DNA of 64,000 nucleotides from Candidatus Shapirobacteria bacterium (GTDB lineage: Bacteria; Patescibacteriota; Microgenomatia; UBA12405). This document shows, in pieces, positions 25,065-34,509 of the stretch (position 1 is the first letter of the stretch; each line of letters begins with the position of its first letter). The position numbers and the translations under genes were made by a program. The notes under the pieces were generated by a model that was not told the origin of the DNA, made no database searches, and worked only from the letters and a program-made list of their open reading frames with translations. The stretch is from contig JACPHO010000006.1 in NCBI GenBank assembly GCA_016188545.1, positions 693 to 64,692 of the forward strand, read 5' to 3'.

Positions 25065-27848
25065 GTGCTCAAAAAAATATTTTCCTCACCATTTTTTTAC
25101 CCATCGCTCCTAACTATTGTTTTGTCGTTAATTTGTTTCGCCAATTATGTTCCCAACACCTATCTCACCGGCTGGGACAATCTCATGCCCGAACTCAATA
25201 TTTGGATGAACCTCAAGAGGTCACTTTTTGCTGTCTGGCAAGAATATCAAGGCCTTGGCCTTGTTGGTGGTATGGGCCACGCCACAGATTTGATCCGACA
25301 ACTAATTATTTTACCCTTTACTCTAGTTCTCCCTACCAATCTCATCCGCTATCTCTGGCATTTTGCCATGCTATTTCTTGGAACATTTGGAATCTATTTT
25401 GGTGTCAACAAATTATTCTTAAATCATAAATCATATTTCATAATTCCTTTTTCAAGTGCCCTATTTTATCTTCTCAATTTTGGCACCATCCAGTATTTTT
25501 GGGCTCCCCTCGAAACTTTTTCCACTTTTTGGGGATTTTTCCCTTGGCTTATATTCTTCCTTTTTGACTATCTCGAAACACCAAACAACAAAAACCTCAA
25601 AAAAATATTTTGGATAAACCTGCTCGCCATCCCCTCATTTTATGTTCAGACTCTATTTGTAGTCTATATGTTATGTGTTTCTCTTATCCTTTTTTCTCAC
25701 TTTGTATTCCATTTTAGAAGTTGGAAGTTAGAAGTCGGAAATTCCATCAGAACTATTCTACTGATCTTGCTCATCAATAGTTTCTGGCTCCTGCCTCAAA
25801 TTTACTTCCTAAAAGAAAATCTTCACAGTCCGATTGCCGGGATTGGCAACTTCATGTCCTCCGAAGAAAGCTTTACCCGTAATCAAAACCGTGGCTATCT
25901 TTCCGATTTTCTTATTTTACGGAACTATTACATCGATTTTCCCGACTCCCAAGGACCATTTATGGCACCATGGATTGTCCATTTTTCCAGTCAATATATC
26001 CTTATTTGTGGATATATCATCGGGTCTTTGACTATTTTTGGATTAATATTTCTTCTGTCTGCTCCAAAACAGCTTAGTTTCAAAAAGCTCTCAGTAGTTT
26101 TTATTTTCCTACTTTCTGCCCTCACCTTACTTTCAGCCACACCACCCTTTTCTGGATTCAATACCCTTATTCGTTTTTCAGACTTACTCAACCAAATATT
26201 TCGAGCCCCTTTCACCAAATTTATAGTCCCCACCATTTTTTCTTTTTCCTTGCTTATTGCTTATGGGCTCCATGCTTTAGCTCAATTTTTCACCCAAATT
26301 AAGTATTCCCAAAAAGTATTTACTCCACTATTTTTTATTTTTTACTTTTTACTTTTATTCACTTTCTCCTTTCCTGTCTTTAAAGGCAATCTATTTTCCA
26401 GCAAAATGCGACAAACAATTCTACCTGAATATTTTGAGATGTTCAGACACCTCCAAGCCAAATCTCCAACAGCCCGAATCAGCAACCTCCCTTCTGGTTC
26501 TTTTTGGGGATGGACAAATTATTTGTGGGGCTATCGAGGCTCAGGTTTTATTTGGTACTCTCTCCCCCAGCCAATACTCGACCGTGCCTTTGATGCTTGG
26601 AACCTAACGAATGAACAATACTACTGGGAAATCAATCTAGCTCTCCAAAAAAGAGACCCCATCCTCCTTTCTCAAGTTCTAAAAAAATATTCGATTGAGT
26701 ATATTTTGTTTGACAACAACATCTATTTTCCCGACGAATTTATCTATGCCAAACAAAGCGTAGCTACTCCCAGTTTGTTACTACAAACACCAGGTGTCTT
26801 TCTCGATCAAAGGTTTGGCAATATAAGTCTTTACAGAACTTCAGTTACTACCTCTCCATACCTTCTCACCAACCCTACCAACAGCTCCAACTCAGGTTTC
26901 CTATCTGAAGACAGTATCTACGTCCAACACCAAGACTACATCTCCACCCCATCAACTCAGAGCCTAGATTATCCTTTTGTCAATTTATTTACCAACCGTC
27001 TCCAAAACGAAATCCCCTACCAATTTAAAGTTGACAGTGACACACTTTCTATTTCACGCAAGTCAGACAACTACAAAACAACTATTCCATTAGACAATTC
27101 CATTAATATAACCAAGAATAAATCCAAAAACATCAGTCTTTTATCCAACCGCCACAATTCTCAGCTCCTTGCTTACAACTTTCCTAGCGCCACTTTATCA
27201 AAGTCGTACCTCATTCAGGTCAACTACCAATACCTCACCGGGCTGCCACTAACAATATCTGTCAACAGTGACAACCTACAACAAAAATATCTATACACCA
27301 AACTTGACAAAAAAACTGGGCTTCAGAACGCATGGTTTGTAATCCCAGCTCGGGAAACAGAGAACTATAACCAAGGTATTACAGTGGTTTTCAACAACAC
27401 CTCATTTAGCAAATTTCTAACCCAAAACAAAGTCGTCGACGTGAACATATATCCCATCCCTCTTTTCGATTTAATCCGACAATCAAGTCCCAAATCAAAT
27501 CAAATTTCTAGCAGATCCGACCTAAAATTCAAAAGCGATATCTATCATTACCAAGTTGATGTTGACTCAAATTCAACATCAAATTCCACTCTCGTCCTCC
27601 CTCAGTCCTTCTCTCCTGGCTGGCTCGCCTTCTATTTTAATTGTAAGGGTAATGCTTTATGCTTACCTACTCTCCTATCCAACCATGTCCTCATCAACAA
27701 TTGGGCCAATGGTTGGCTTGTCTCGCCGAAGCCAACCAGCGAAGGCGGAGCATTTACTATCTACATCTTCTTTTGGCCCCAGCTTCTGCAATTTCTTGGC
27801 TTTGGACTACTTATTGGCACCTTTATCTGGATTTTGAAAAAACACTAA
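25065..27848 (+). CDS. YfhO-like GT-C family membrane glycosyltransferase
   Basis: 927 aa; about 14 N-terminal TM helices, a large soluble C-terminal domain and a final C-terminal TM (LQFLGFGLLIGTFIWILKKH): YfhO/GT-C topology. A GT2 gene lies upstream. Confidence 0.55.
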   Translation: MLKKIFSSPFFYPSLLTIVLSLICFANYVPNTYLTGWDNLMPELNIWMNLKRSLFAVWQEYQGLGLVGGMGHATDLIRQLIILPFTLVLPTNLIRYLWHFAMLFLGTFGIYFGVNKLFLNHKSYFIIPFSSALFYLLNFGTIQYFWAPLETFSTFWGFFPWLIFFLFDYLETPNNKNLKKIFWINLLAIPSFYVQTLFVVYMLCVSLILFSHFVFHFRSWKLEVGNSIRTILLILLINSFWLLPQIYFLKENLHSPIAGIGNFMSSEESFTRNQNRGYLSDFLILRNYYIDFPDSQGPFMAPWIVHFSSQYILICGYIIGSLTIFGLIFLLSAPKQLSFKKLSVVFIFLLSALTLLSATPPFSGFNTLIRFSDLLNQIFRAPFTKFIVPTIFSFSLLIAYGLHALAQFFTQIKYSQKVFTPLFFIFYFLLLFTFSFPVFKGNLFSSKMRQTILPEYFEMFRHLQAKSPTARISNLPSGSFWGWTNYLWGYRGSGFIWYSLPQPILDRAFDAWNLTNEQYYWEINLALQKRDPILLSQVLKKYSIEYILFDNNIYFPDEFIYAKQSVATPSLLLQTPGVFLDQRFGNISLYRTSVTTSPYLLTNPTNSSNSGFLSEDSIYVQHQDYISTPSTQSLDYPFVNLFTNRLQNEIPYQFKVDSDTLSISRKSDNYKTTIPLDNSINITKNKSKNISLLSNRHNSQLLAYNFPSATLSKSYLIQVNYQYLTGLPLTISVNSDNLQQKYLYTKLDKKTGLQNAWFVIPARETENYNQGITVVFNNTSFSKFLTQNKVVDVNIYPIPLFDLIRQSSPKSNQISSRSDLKFKSDIYHYQVDVDSNSTSNSTLVLPQSFSPGWLAFYFNCKGNALCLPTLLSNHVLINNWANGWLVSPKPTSEGGAFTIYIFFWPQLLQFLGFGLLIGTFIWILKKH

Positions 27849-28117
27849 TGTTCTCCATAAACTTCTTTGTGAGTACCAATATCCGACAGAACAATTGTGT
27901 CATTTTGAGAATAAAATAATATTCGTAAATCATCATTGATTGAAATACTCCAAAACAAACTCAGATCACCTTCCAATTGATGTAGCCTCAGTCCATCATT
28001 ACTTTCTCCATTCAACAGTTGTTGCACAACATCCTGTATTTCTATACCCAGACTCTTGTTTTTTCTCAATATATTCTTCAACCGTTGGTCAAAATTATCA
28101 GTTGTTCTCAATCTCAC
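27845..28117 (-). CDS. Type II toxin, RelE/ParE family (paralog of 24439..24711)
   Basis: 90 aa; LHQLEGDLSLFWSISINDDLRILFYSQNDTIVLSDIGTHKEVY. Confidence 0.7.
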   Translation of the reverse strand: MRLRTTDNFDQRLKNILRKNKSLGIEIQDVVQQLLNGESNDGLRLHQLEGDLSLFWSISINDDLRILFYSQNDTIVLSDIGTHKEVYGEH

Positions 28118-28377
28118 TTAATCATTTTAGCAAAGAATTCATTTATGTCAGTTATCTCGTGTAATTTTCCATTTTTCTCGTCAATCTTAGCCTGTTTCAA
28201 AGCCTCAATAGATCTTTTCGATAGATGGTAGACTGGAATACCAGACTTCAAATCCATCATCAAAAGATGTTTCATATATCCAGCCAGAGTCAGATCATAT
28301 TCTTCAGCTCTTCTCTTCAGCTTTGCCTTTAATTTTAACGGCAAGTTTATTTTAATCTGTGTTTGTTTCTGGATCAT
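28114..28377 (-). CDS. RHH antitoxin (paralog of 24695..24982)
   Basis: 87 aa; QIKINLPLKLKAKLKRRAEEYDLTLAGYMKHLLM; overlaps the toxin by 4 nt. Confidence 0.6.
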   Translation of the reverse strand: MIQKQTQIKINLPLKLKAKLKRRAEEYDLTLAGYMKHLLMMDLKSGIPVYHLSKRSIEALKQAKIDEKNGKLHEITDINEFFAKMIK

Positions 28378-28505
28378 AAAATAATCATAGCACCAAAATC
28401 AGGACTTTTCAAGTACCACATCTCTAACACTATATTTGTTTTCCCTATCGCGAAGAGATTTCTTCACTACATGTAACTATGACAATGTATATACAATGTC
28501 AATAA

Positions 28506-28539
28506 ATAATATTATGTAATATAAATTACATAATATTAT
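28506..28539. promoter_or_regulatory. Perfect 15-bp inverted repeat ATAATATTATGTAAT-ATAA-ATTACATAATATTAT (operator-like)
   Basis: Verified base by base; lies 40 nt upstream of the ATP-grasp gene start (GTG 28580). Confidence 0.6.
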
Positions 28540-28579
28540 CACATTGATTTATCTCCAAAACGCCCTATATTAAAAGTAC

Positions 28580-29650
28580 GTGAACAATACTATTGTTAAC
28601 CTACCTCATACTCGACAACTTATTGCCAAAAATAATCATAGTTGCCGCAAACTACCACAGAAAGTCGCCATCATCTACACCGACGAAAAAAGGGAATATT
28701 TCTATACAGAGGAAGAATTTTGGACAGTCGAAGGTTCTGAAGATGAAGCTCGCGAATTTCAACCTTACTTTGACCAACTAAATATCCAAACCTGTTATCT
28801 CAAGGGCGATTCAAATCTAGTTAAAAACCTCCGCCATGAAAAACCAGATATGGCTCTTAATCTCGTTACTACTGTCAAAGGATATGACTATCTCGGCGCC
28901 ACTATTCCTGCCACTCTAGAACTACTAGAAATACCTTATACTGGTGCCGCTATATTGGGATTTTCCCTTGGTTGTAATAAATATCTAATATACGCTCTCT
29001 TATCTCAACACGGAATCCCTGTACCTAGATTCCAACTACTTACATCAACCAAATCAACCATTGACCCATCACTCCGTTACCCTTTGATTCTCAAACTAAA
29101 CGAAGAGCATAGTAATGTTGAAATTAAACGGGAATCAATCGCTGAAAATGAGACTCAATTGCGTAAACGACTCCGTTATCTCATTAATAAATACGAACAG
29201 GATGTCCTCGTTTCCGAGTTTATTGACGGTCGAGAATTTGGTGCCTTCGTCTTCCAGTCATATAACAAAAAAGCCTATACAATTGAACGTAAAATTCATC
29301 TTCCCAACAACAACTCCCGACACGAATTTTTGGATTACGATATCGTCTGGGGAAATGATTACGACAACTACAAAAAATATGTCCATTATGAAAAATTCCA
29401 CGATCCTCTCCTCAACGCCTATGTCAAGAAAGCTTTCAACATTATCAAGATGGACGACTATGGAAAATTTGATATCCGGATGGACAGTCTTGGCAATTAT
29501 TACTTTATCGACGCCAATGCCAACTGCCACTTTGCACCTCTCACCGGCAGTTCATCAGAATTATCAATTGCTATGAAAATGTATGGAATTTCCTTCAAAA
29601 CTCTTCTCAAACGTCTACTACAAAACACCATGCGGGAATGGGGCTATTGA
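28580..29650 (+). CDS. ATP-grasp ligase, D-Ala-D-Ala-ligase-like family (paralog 1)
   Basis: 356 aa (GTG start); LNLVTTVKGYDYLGATIPATLELLEIPYTGA, an ATP-grasp core, GKFDIRMD and YFIDANANCHFAP. Confidence 0.65.
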   Translation: MNNTIVNLPHTRQLIAKNNHSCRKLPQKVAIIYTDEKREYFYTEEEFWTVEGSEDEAREFQPYFDQLNIQTCYLKGDSNLVKNLRHEKPDMALNLVTTVKGYDYLGATIPATLELLEIPYTGAAILGFSLGCNKYLIYALLSQHGIPVPRFQLLTSTKSTIDPSLRYPLILKLNEEHSNVEIKRESIAENETQLRKRLRYLINKYEQDVLVSEFIDGREFGAFVFQSYNKKAYTIERKIHLPNNNSRHEFLDYDIVWGNDYDNYKKYVHYEKFHDPLLNAYVKKAFNIIKMDDYGKFDIRMDSLGNYYFIDANANCHFAPLTGSSSELSIAMKMYGISFKTLLKRLLQNTMREWGY

Positions 29651-29683
29651 TAATTACTAATCATCAACTATCATTAACTACAT

Positions 29684-30715
29684 ATGAATTTCAGTGACAA
29701 CTCTGATTCTCAAATAACTCCCAACCAACACCACCTTCCCCAAAAAGTTGCCATCCTTTATTCCGATGTCAAACGCGAGTTCTACGCCACCGAGGAACTC
29801 TTTCTCAGCGAAGCTGATGCCTACATTTATGCCAACGATGTTGCCAAATACGTTGCCAAAATGGGGATTGATGTCATCGCTTTAGCTGGTGACGTTGACA
29901 TGACCGACAAACTTCAAAAATATGACCCTGATATGGTGCTGAATCTCGTCGACTCTGTCAACGGAGAATCACATCTCGGTTCTTCTATCCCCGGAGTCCT
30001 GGAGGTTCTTCAAATCCCCTACACCGGTGCCGGAACACTCGGTTGGGCGCTGGGTTGTAATAAGTTTCTAATGTATCAGATACTTCAAGCCGCTGGGGTA
30101 CCGGTTCCAACTCATCAGCTAGTCAACAGCAGCAGTGACATGATTGACCCCTCCCTCCGTTACCCCCTGTTTCCCAAATTAAACAACGAACACAGTAGCA
30201 TTGGTATCGCCGACGATAGTATTTGTTACAACGAGAAAGAACTCCGAGCCAAATTAAGAGACTTGATTACCACTTACAGACAACCAGTATTGATTGACGA
30301 ATTTATTGCTGGCATCGAAGTCACCGCAGCTATCCTCGAAGGCGTCAACACTAAAGTCTATGCAGTTCAAAGAAAAGTAAAAGGTGGTAAAGAAGATGTA
30401 GTCACTTTTGATAAAAAATGGCGCGACTATCTTGACATGTCCTATACCAAATTCGAAGATCCAGTACTGAAAGGTCATGTCAAAATGGCATTTGATTTAC
30501 TGAAAATGTCTGACTATGGTCGGATTGACGTTCGTGTCGACGCTGCTGGTAGGTTCTACTTTATCGATCCTAACTGCAATCCATTTTTTGGTCCACCCAA
30601 GGAAACCCACGCAACTTACAGTATGATTCTTGACATGTACGGCGTCACTTTTGAAGAAACCCTCAAGCGAATGTTCCAAAATACCCTCGAAGCCGAACAT
30701 AACGGCTGGCATTAA
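29684..30715 (+). CDS. ATP-grasp ligase, D-Ala-D-Ala-ligase-like family (paralog 2)
   Basis: 343 aa; same architecture as paralog 1 (LNLVDSVNGESHLGSSIPGVLEVLQIPYTGA, GRIDVRVD, YFIDPNCNPFFGP). Confidence 0.65.
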   Translation: MNFSDNSDSQITPNQHHLPQKVAILYSDVKREFYATEELFLSEADAYIYANDVAKYVAKMGIDVIALAGDVDMTDKLQKYDPDMVLNLVDSVNGESHLGSSIPGVLEVLQIPYTGAGTLGWALGCNKFLMYQILQAAGVPVPTHQLVNSSSDMIDPSLRYPLFPKLNNEHSSIGIADDSICYNEKELRAKLRDLITTYRQPVLIDEFIAGIEVTAAILEGVNTKVYAVQRKVKGGKEDVVTFDKKWRDYLDMSYTKFEDPVLKGHVKMAFDLLKMSDYGRIDVRVDAAGRFYFIDPNCNPFFGPPKETHATYSMILDMYGVTFEETLKRMFQNTLEAEHNGWH

Positions 30716-30844
30716 TTAGTCCTTTAGTGCTCTAGATCGTAAGAGCTTTAGTTTTCAAATAAGGTAAAAGTTTTAGATTGTCTTTAAATAACTTTTCAAA
30801 ATCTTCACGAGTTATTTATTAATAAAACCAAAGATTTGTTTTTA

Positions 30845-31025
30845 GGGAGGACTTTTCGCAGTCAACCTACTCTACTTATTTAATTGACTTTAAAGTCAGA
30901 CACGTTTCCAGAGTGGAGGTTTCGCAGAAGACCTGTTTTTGGTTCGGAGGTCTTCGAGAATTCAGATAACTGCCGGACGTGCGTATGAGAACAGTAGAGA
31001 CTGCAGATTATCGGTCCATGGAGGA
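30845..31025. repeat. Structured intergenic repeat element, copy A (TTTCGCAG-containing modules)
   Basis: Shares GGAnnTTTCGCAGTCA, ACGTTTCCnnAGTGGAGGTTTCGCAG and CGGnACGTGCG..TGAGA..GATTAyCGGTCC blocks with copy B at 57515..57705; sits in a convergent intergenic region. Confidence 0.55.
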
Positions 31026-31044
31026 AATGTGTTTGAGTTTATGA

Positions 31045-32208
31045 TTATTTTTTAATAATTTGCGCCATCCTCTTCCCCAACTCTTCAAAATCTTTTTCCA
31101 CCCACCCTCTAGTCGTCATTGCCGGAGTCCCAATCCTAAGTCCTGACGGTCTAAACGGACTCCCTTGCTCATTGGGAATAGTATTTTTATTGACGATAAT
31201 GTCGTTTTCCTCGAGTCTCTGCGCCACCTCTTTTCCCATCCCCTCACCCACATCAATTAACATCAAATGATTTTCTGTTCCCAGAACTTTCAACCCCTCT
31301 GATTTTAGCGTCTGCGCCAACACAATAGAATTTTTTACTATTTGTTCTGCATATTTTTTAAACTCTGGTCTCGACGCCTCTTCAAACGCCACTGCCATTG
31401 CTGCTATATTGTTCAAATGTGGCCCACCCTGTAGTCCCGGGAACACCGACTTGTCAATTTTTTTAGCCGCTTCCGGATCTTTGGCTAAGCCGTTTTCAGT
31501 AACTCCAATAATTGCCCCCCTGGGACCACGTAATGTTTTATGAGTCGTTGAAGTAATAATATCGACAAATGGTGCTGGGTCAGGATGAACCCCACCCACA
31601 ATCAATCCAGCAATATGAGACACGTCTGCCACCAACCAAGCATTTACACTCTTAGCCATTCTTGAAAATTTTTCCCATTCCAGTATCCATGGATAAGCCG
31701 TCGCTCCCACAAATATTAATTTTGGTTTTTCCCTCTCTACGTCCTGCGCCATTTTTTCATAATCAATCTTTCCCTCTTCATTCACCCCATACTGCATACT
31801 TTGAAAATATTTTCCTGAAAAGGTCACTCCCGGATGTCCGTGGGTCAGATGACCTCCTGCTGAAAGTTGCATGCCGTAAAATTTGCCACCATGTTCCAAA
31901 AGTCCCACCAATACCGCCATATTTGCTGGACTACCAGAATATGGTTGAACATTTAGGTGAGGCACACCAAATAATTTTTTACCACGATCGATAGCCAGTT
32001 GTTCAATTTCATCAACTATTTTATTCCCTTGATAGTAGCGTTTTCCCGGATAACCTTCGGCATATTTATTTGACAAATCAGATCCCAGTGCTGACTTGAC
32101 CTCTTCTGAAATAAAATTTTCACTGGGAATTAGTTGCACCTGTTTGCGCTGCCTTTCAGTTTCTTGTTTAATCAAATCAAATATTGGATCCATTGAGTAT
32201 TTTATCAC
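31045..32208 (-). CDS. glyA: Serine hydroxymethyltransferase
   Basis: 387 aa; YAEGYPGKRYYQG, TTHKTLRGPRG (PLP Lys), conserved SHMT blocks. Confidence 0.9.
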   Translation of the reverse strand: MIKYSMDPIFDLIKQETERQRKQVQLIPSENFISEEVKSALGSDLSNKYAEGYPGKRYYQGNKIVDEIEQLAIDRGKKLFGVPHLNVQPYSGSPANMAVLVGLLEHGGKFYGMQLSAGGHLTHGHPGVTFSGKYFQSMQYGVNEEGKIDYEKMAQDVEREKPKLIFVGATAYPWILEWEKFSRMAKSVNAWLVADVSHIAGLIVGGVHPDPAPFVDIITSTTHKTLRGPRGAIIGVTENGLAKDPEAAKKIDKSVFPGLQGGPHLNNIAAMAVAFEEASRPEFKKYAEQIVKNSIVLAQTLKSEGLKVLGTENHLMLIDVGEGMGKEVAQRLEENDIIVNKNTIPNEQGSPFRPSGLRIGTPAMTTRGWVEKDFEELGKRMAQIIKK

Positions 32209-32600
32209 TTCTCCATTATTTCTTTTCCCAACTTTGAATTTTTTGAAATGATTCCAAACTCTAGATACTCAAAGTCGTCAGCTACAAAATACTTATCAAA
32301 ATATCTTTTTTTATCTTTTTTTAGAGCCATCAACTCATTTATTCCCATTTGTAATCTAATAAGCTCCTTATCCATACTCTCAATTTCCTGTTCAACCGCC
32401 CAACGAGTTGCCGTAATATATCTCGAAACGTTTGAATTGTCTTGGTCACCCATATCCAATCTCCTAAGTCGTAACTTTTCTGTCAGCTCCCCAACTTTAC
32501 TTCTCAGTTTTTTCACCACCCCATCTATATCCACCATCACCAATTTTAACAAAAAAGCACACCAAGGATTATAATACATCATGATTACCTTTCCCATCAT
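32205..32600 (-). CDS. Hypothetical coiled-coil protein
   Basis: 131-aa ORF; the likely true start is an internal Met; heptad-rich (ELTEKLRLRRLDMG, IRLQMGINELMALKK). Confidence 0.35.
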   Translation of the reverse strand: MMGKVIMMYYNPWCAFLLKLVMVDIDGVVKKLRSKVGELTEKLRLRRLDMGDQDNSNVSRYITATRWAVEQEIESMDKELIRLQMGINELMALKKDKKRYFDKYFVADDFEYLEFGIISKNSKLGKEIMEK

Positions 32601-33327
32601 CGCCTTCTTCTTCGTTGTTTATCTGGTTTTCAAATCCATCATCATCGTCAACCAATATGAACGTGGTATCGTCCTCACCCTCGGTGTCTACTCCTACACT
32701 CTCGGTCCCGGCCTCAAGCTCGTTGTCCCTATTCTCCAAAGAGTTATCAAAGTTGATATTCGTATCAACACTCTCGATATTCCCAAGCAGGAAATCATTA
32801 CTAAGGACAATGTCGCAGTTTCTATTAATGCCGTCGTCTATTTCCAAGTTACCAAAGCCGAAGACGCCGTCCTCAAAGTCAAAGACTTTGGTTATGCCGT
32901 CTCCCAATACGCCCAAACAGCTCTTCGAGATGTTATTGGCGGTGTTGAACTTGACCAACTTCTGACCGACCGTCAGAAAATTAGTGACGAAATCAAAGCT
33001 ATTGTCGATAAAGAAACCATTGACTGGGGTGTCGACGTCACCAGTATTAAGCTTCAAGATATCGCTGTTCCTGACAACATGAAACGGGTCATGGCTAAGC
33101 AGGCTGAAGCTGAGCGCGAGCGCCGTGCCACCATTATCCGTGCCGAAGGTGAGCTTAAAGCTTCCGAAAACCTCAACAAAGCTATGCACGCTCTTCAGGA
33201 GTCAGGAGCCATCTCCCTTCGTTCACTTCAAACTATCGAAAACGCCACCAACGGCCCTAACAACACTGTTATTTTCAGTATGCCAATGGAATTGCTTGAA
33301 GGTTTCAAAAACCTAGTCAAAAAATAA
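32581..33327 (+). CDS. SPFH/band-7 (stomatin/HflK/C-like) membrane protein
   Basis: 248 aa; N-terminal TM, then IVNQYERGIVLTLG and a PHB-domain pattern and coiled-coil C-terminus. Confidence 0.8.
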   Translation: MITFPIIAFFFVVYLVFKSIIIVNQYERGIVLTLGVYSYTLGPGLKLVVPILQRVIKVDIRINTLDIPKQEIITKDNVAVSINAVVYFQVTKAEDAVLKVKDFGYAVSQYAQTALRDVIGGVELDQLLTDRQKISDEIKAIVDKETIDWGVDVTSIKLQDIAVPDNMKRVMAKQAEAERERRATIIRAEGELKASENLNKAMHALQESGAISLRSLQTIENATNGPNNTVIFSMPMELLEGFKNLVKK

Positions 33328-33350
33328 TATTAATAATTAAACACATAATA

Positions 33351-33707
33351 ATGACGAATTCAAAACCAGTAAAAGAACACATTTTTTTTCCCGACAAGCT
33401 AAAGGGTGAGGGAAAGTTGGATGGACGCGAGGAGATAGTCCTTGTTTTTGAAAAAATCTGCAACCAACTTGACGAAGCTAGCCTTAACCCGAGCAAACCA
33501 GATCTAAGTAAATTAGTTGAAACCTGTAATACCAACGTCCATGCAAGGGGTGCCGCACTATCAATTAGAGACCATCTTCACTCAGTACTCGAAGAGTTGG
33601 ACCTCGTAAAAGGACCAGAAGCCAGAGAAGTTGAACAAAAATACGCCTTCGCACTTGGAGCAATCTACATAGCAACTTCACAACCATACAGAAAGTCAAT
33701 ATTGTAA
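33351..33707 (+). CDS. Hypothetical protein
   Basis: 118-aa ORF; no motif. Confidence 0.3.
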   Translation: MTNSKPVKEHIFFPDKLKGEGKLDGREEIVLVFEKICNQLDEASLNPSKPDLSKLVETCNTNVHARGAALSIRDHLHSVLEELDLVKGPEAREVEQKYAFALGAIYIATSQPYRKSIL

Positions 33708-33735
33708 TTTAGTAAAAACTTAATAAACTATTTTT

Positions 33736-34509
33736 ATGAGCCTTCAAGACAAATTAGCAGTAATCAACCAACTAAACGAAACCAAAGGACAAGAGCTGGC
33801 AGTGCTATCTCAACTCCCCGCTTTTCGCGAACAAGCTGAAACCGAACACGATTGGCCCATGGTTGCCCAAAGCTATTGGCAAGAACATTTAGCCCATCAA
33901 CATTTGGTTATGAACGACCAAGATCCAGACGATTCTCACCGTACCGCCATGCTCACTACGGCTCAATCTGCTCATCAAGTTGTTATCGATCATAACTTAT
34001 CCGAACTCCTCGGTAATTCTCATCGCTTCCTCGGCCGGGCTTACACCTACAATGGACGACATGAAGAAGCCAAAACCGAATACCAAACTGCCATTGATCT
34101 TCTCCAAAAAGTTCAGGATCCCCGCTATCTGGAAGTCAGTGGCTTTTTAGCCGAATCTTTGATTCGTACCGGAGAAGTCGAAAAAGGTCTTGCCCTAGCT
34201 TATGAAATTTTCGACAAATACGACACTGATCCTTTAGCTCTAACTCTTCAAAAAGCCGATAATTATGTTTATCTCGTCTGGCGTACTGGGATATTTCCCC
34301 GCCTTCAAATTGCTCTTGATGATGTCCAAGCCGTTTATGACAAGGCTAAACTAAAATCTTATCTGGAAAAATCGCAAGCACTTCTAACTGACACTGACAA
34401 ATTTGCCTATCGACTTACTGAGATATCCAAGTCATTATCGCTAATAGTTTTTTTACTTGCGTACTACCTCCCCCTCATCACCGATCTTGGTCATCACCCC
34501 CGCCTGTAA
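33736..34509 (+). CDS. Hypothetical protein (helical/TPR-like)
   Basis: 257-aa ORF; its 3' end overlaps the convergent TrmB-like gene and may be read-through. Confidence 0.35.
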   Translation: MSLQDKLAVINQLNETKGQELAVLSQLPAFREQAETEHDWPMVAQSYWQEHLAHQHLVMNDQDPDDSHRTAMLTTAQSAHQVVIDHNLSELLGNSHRFLGRAYTYNGRHEEAKTEYQTAIDLLQKVQDPRYLEVSGFLAESLIRTGEVEKGLALAYEIFDKYDTDPLALTLQKADNYVYLVWRTGIFPRLQIALDDVQAVYDKAKLKSYLEKSQALLTDTDKFAYRLTEISKSLSLIVFLLAYYLPLITDLGHHPRL

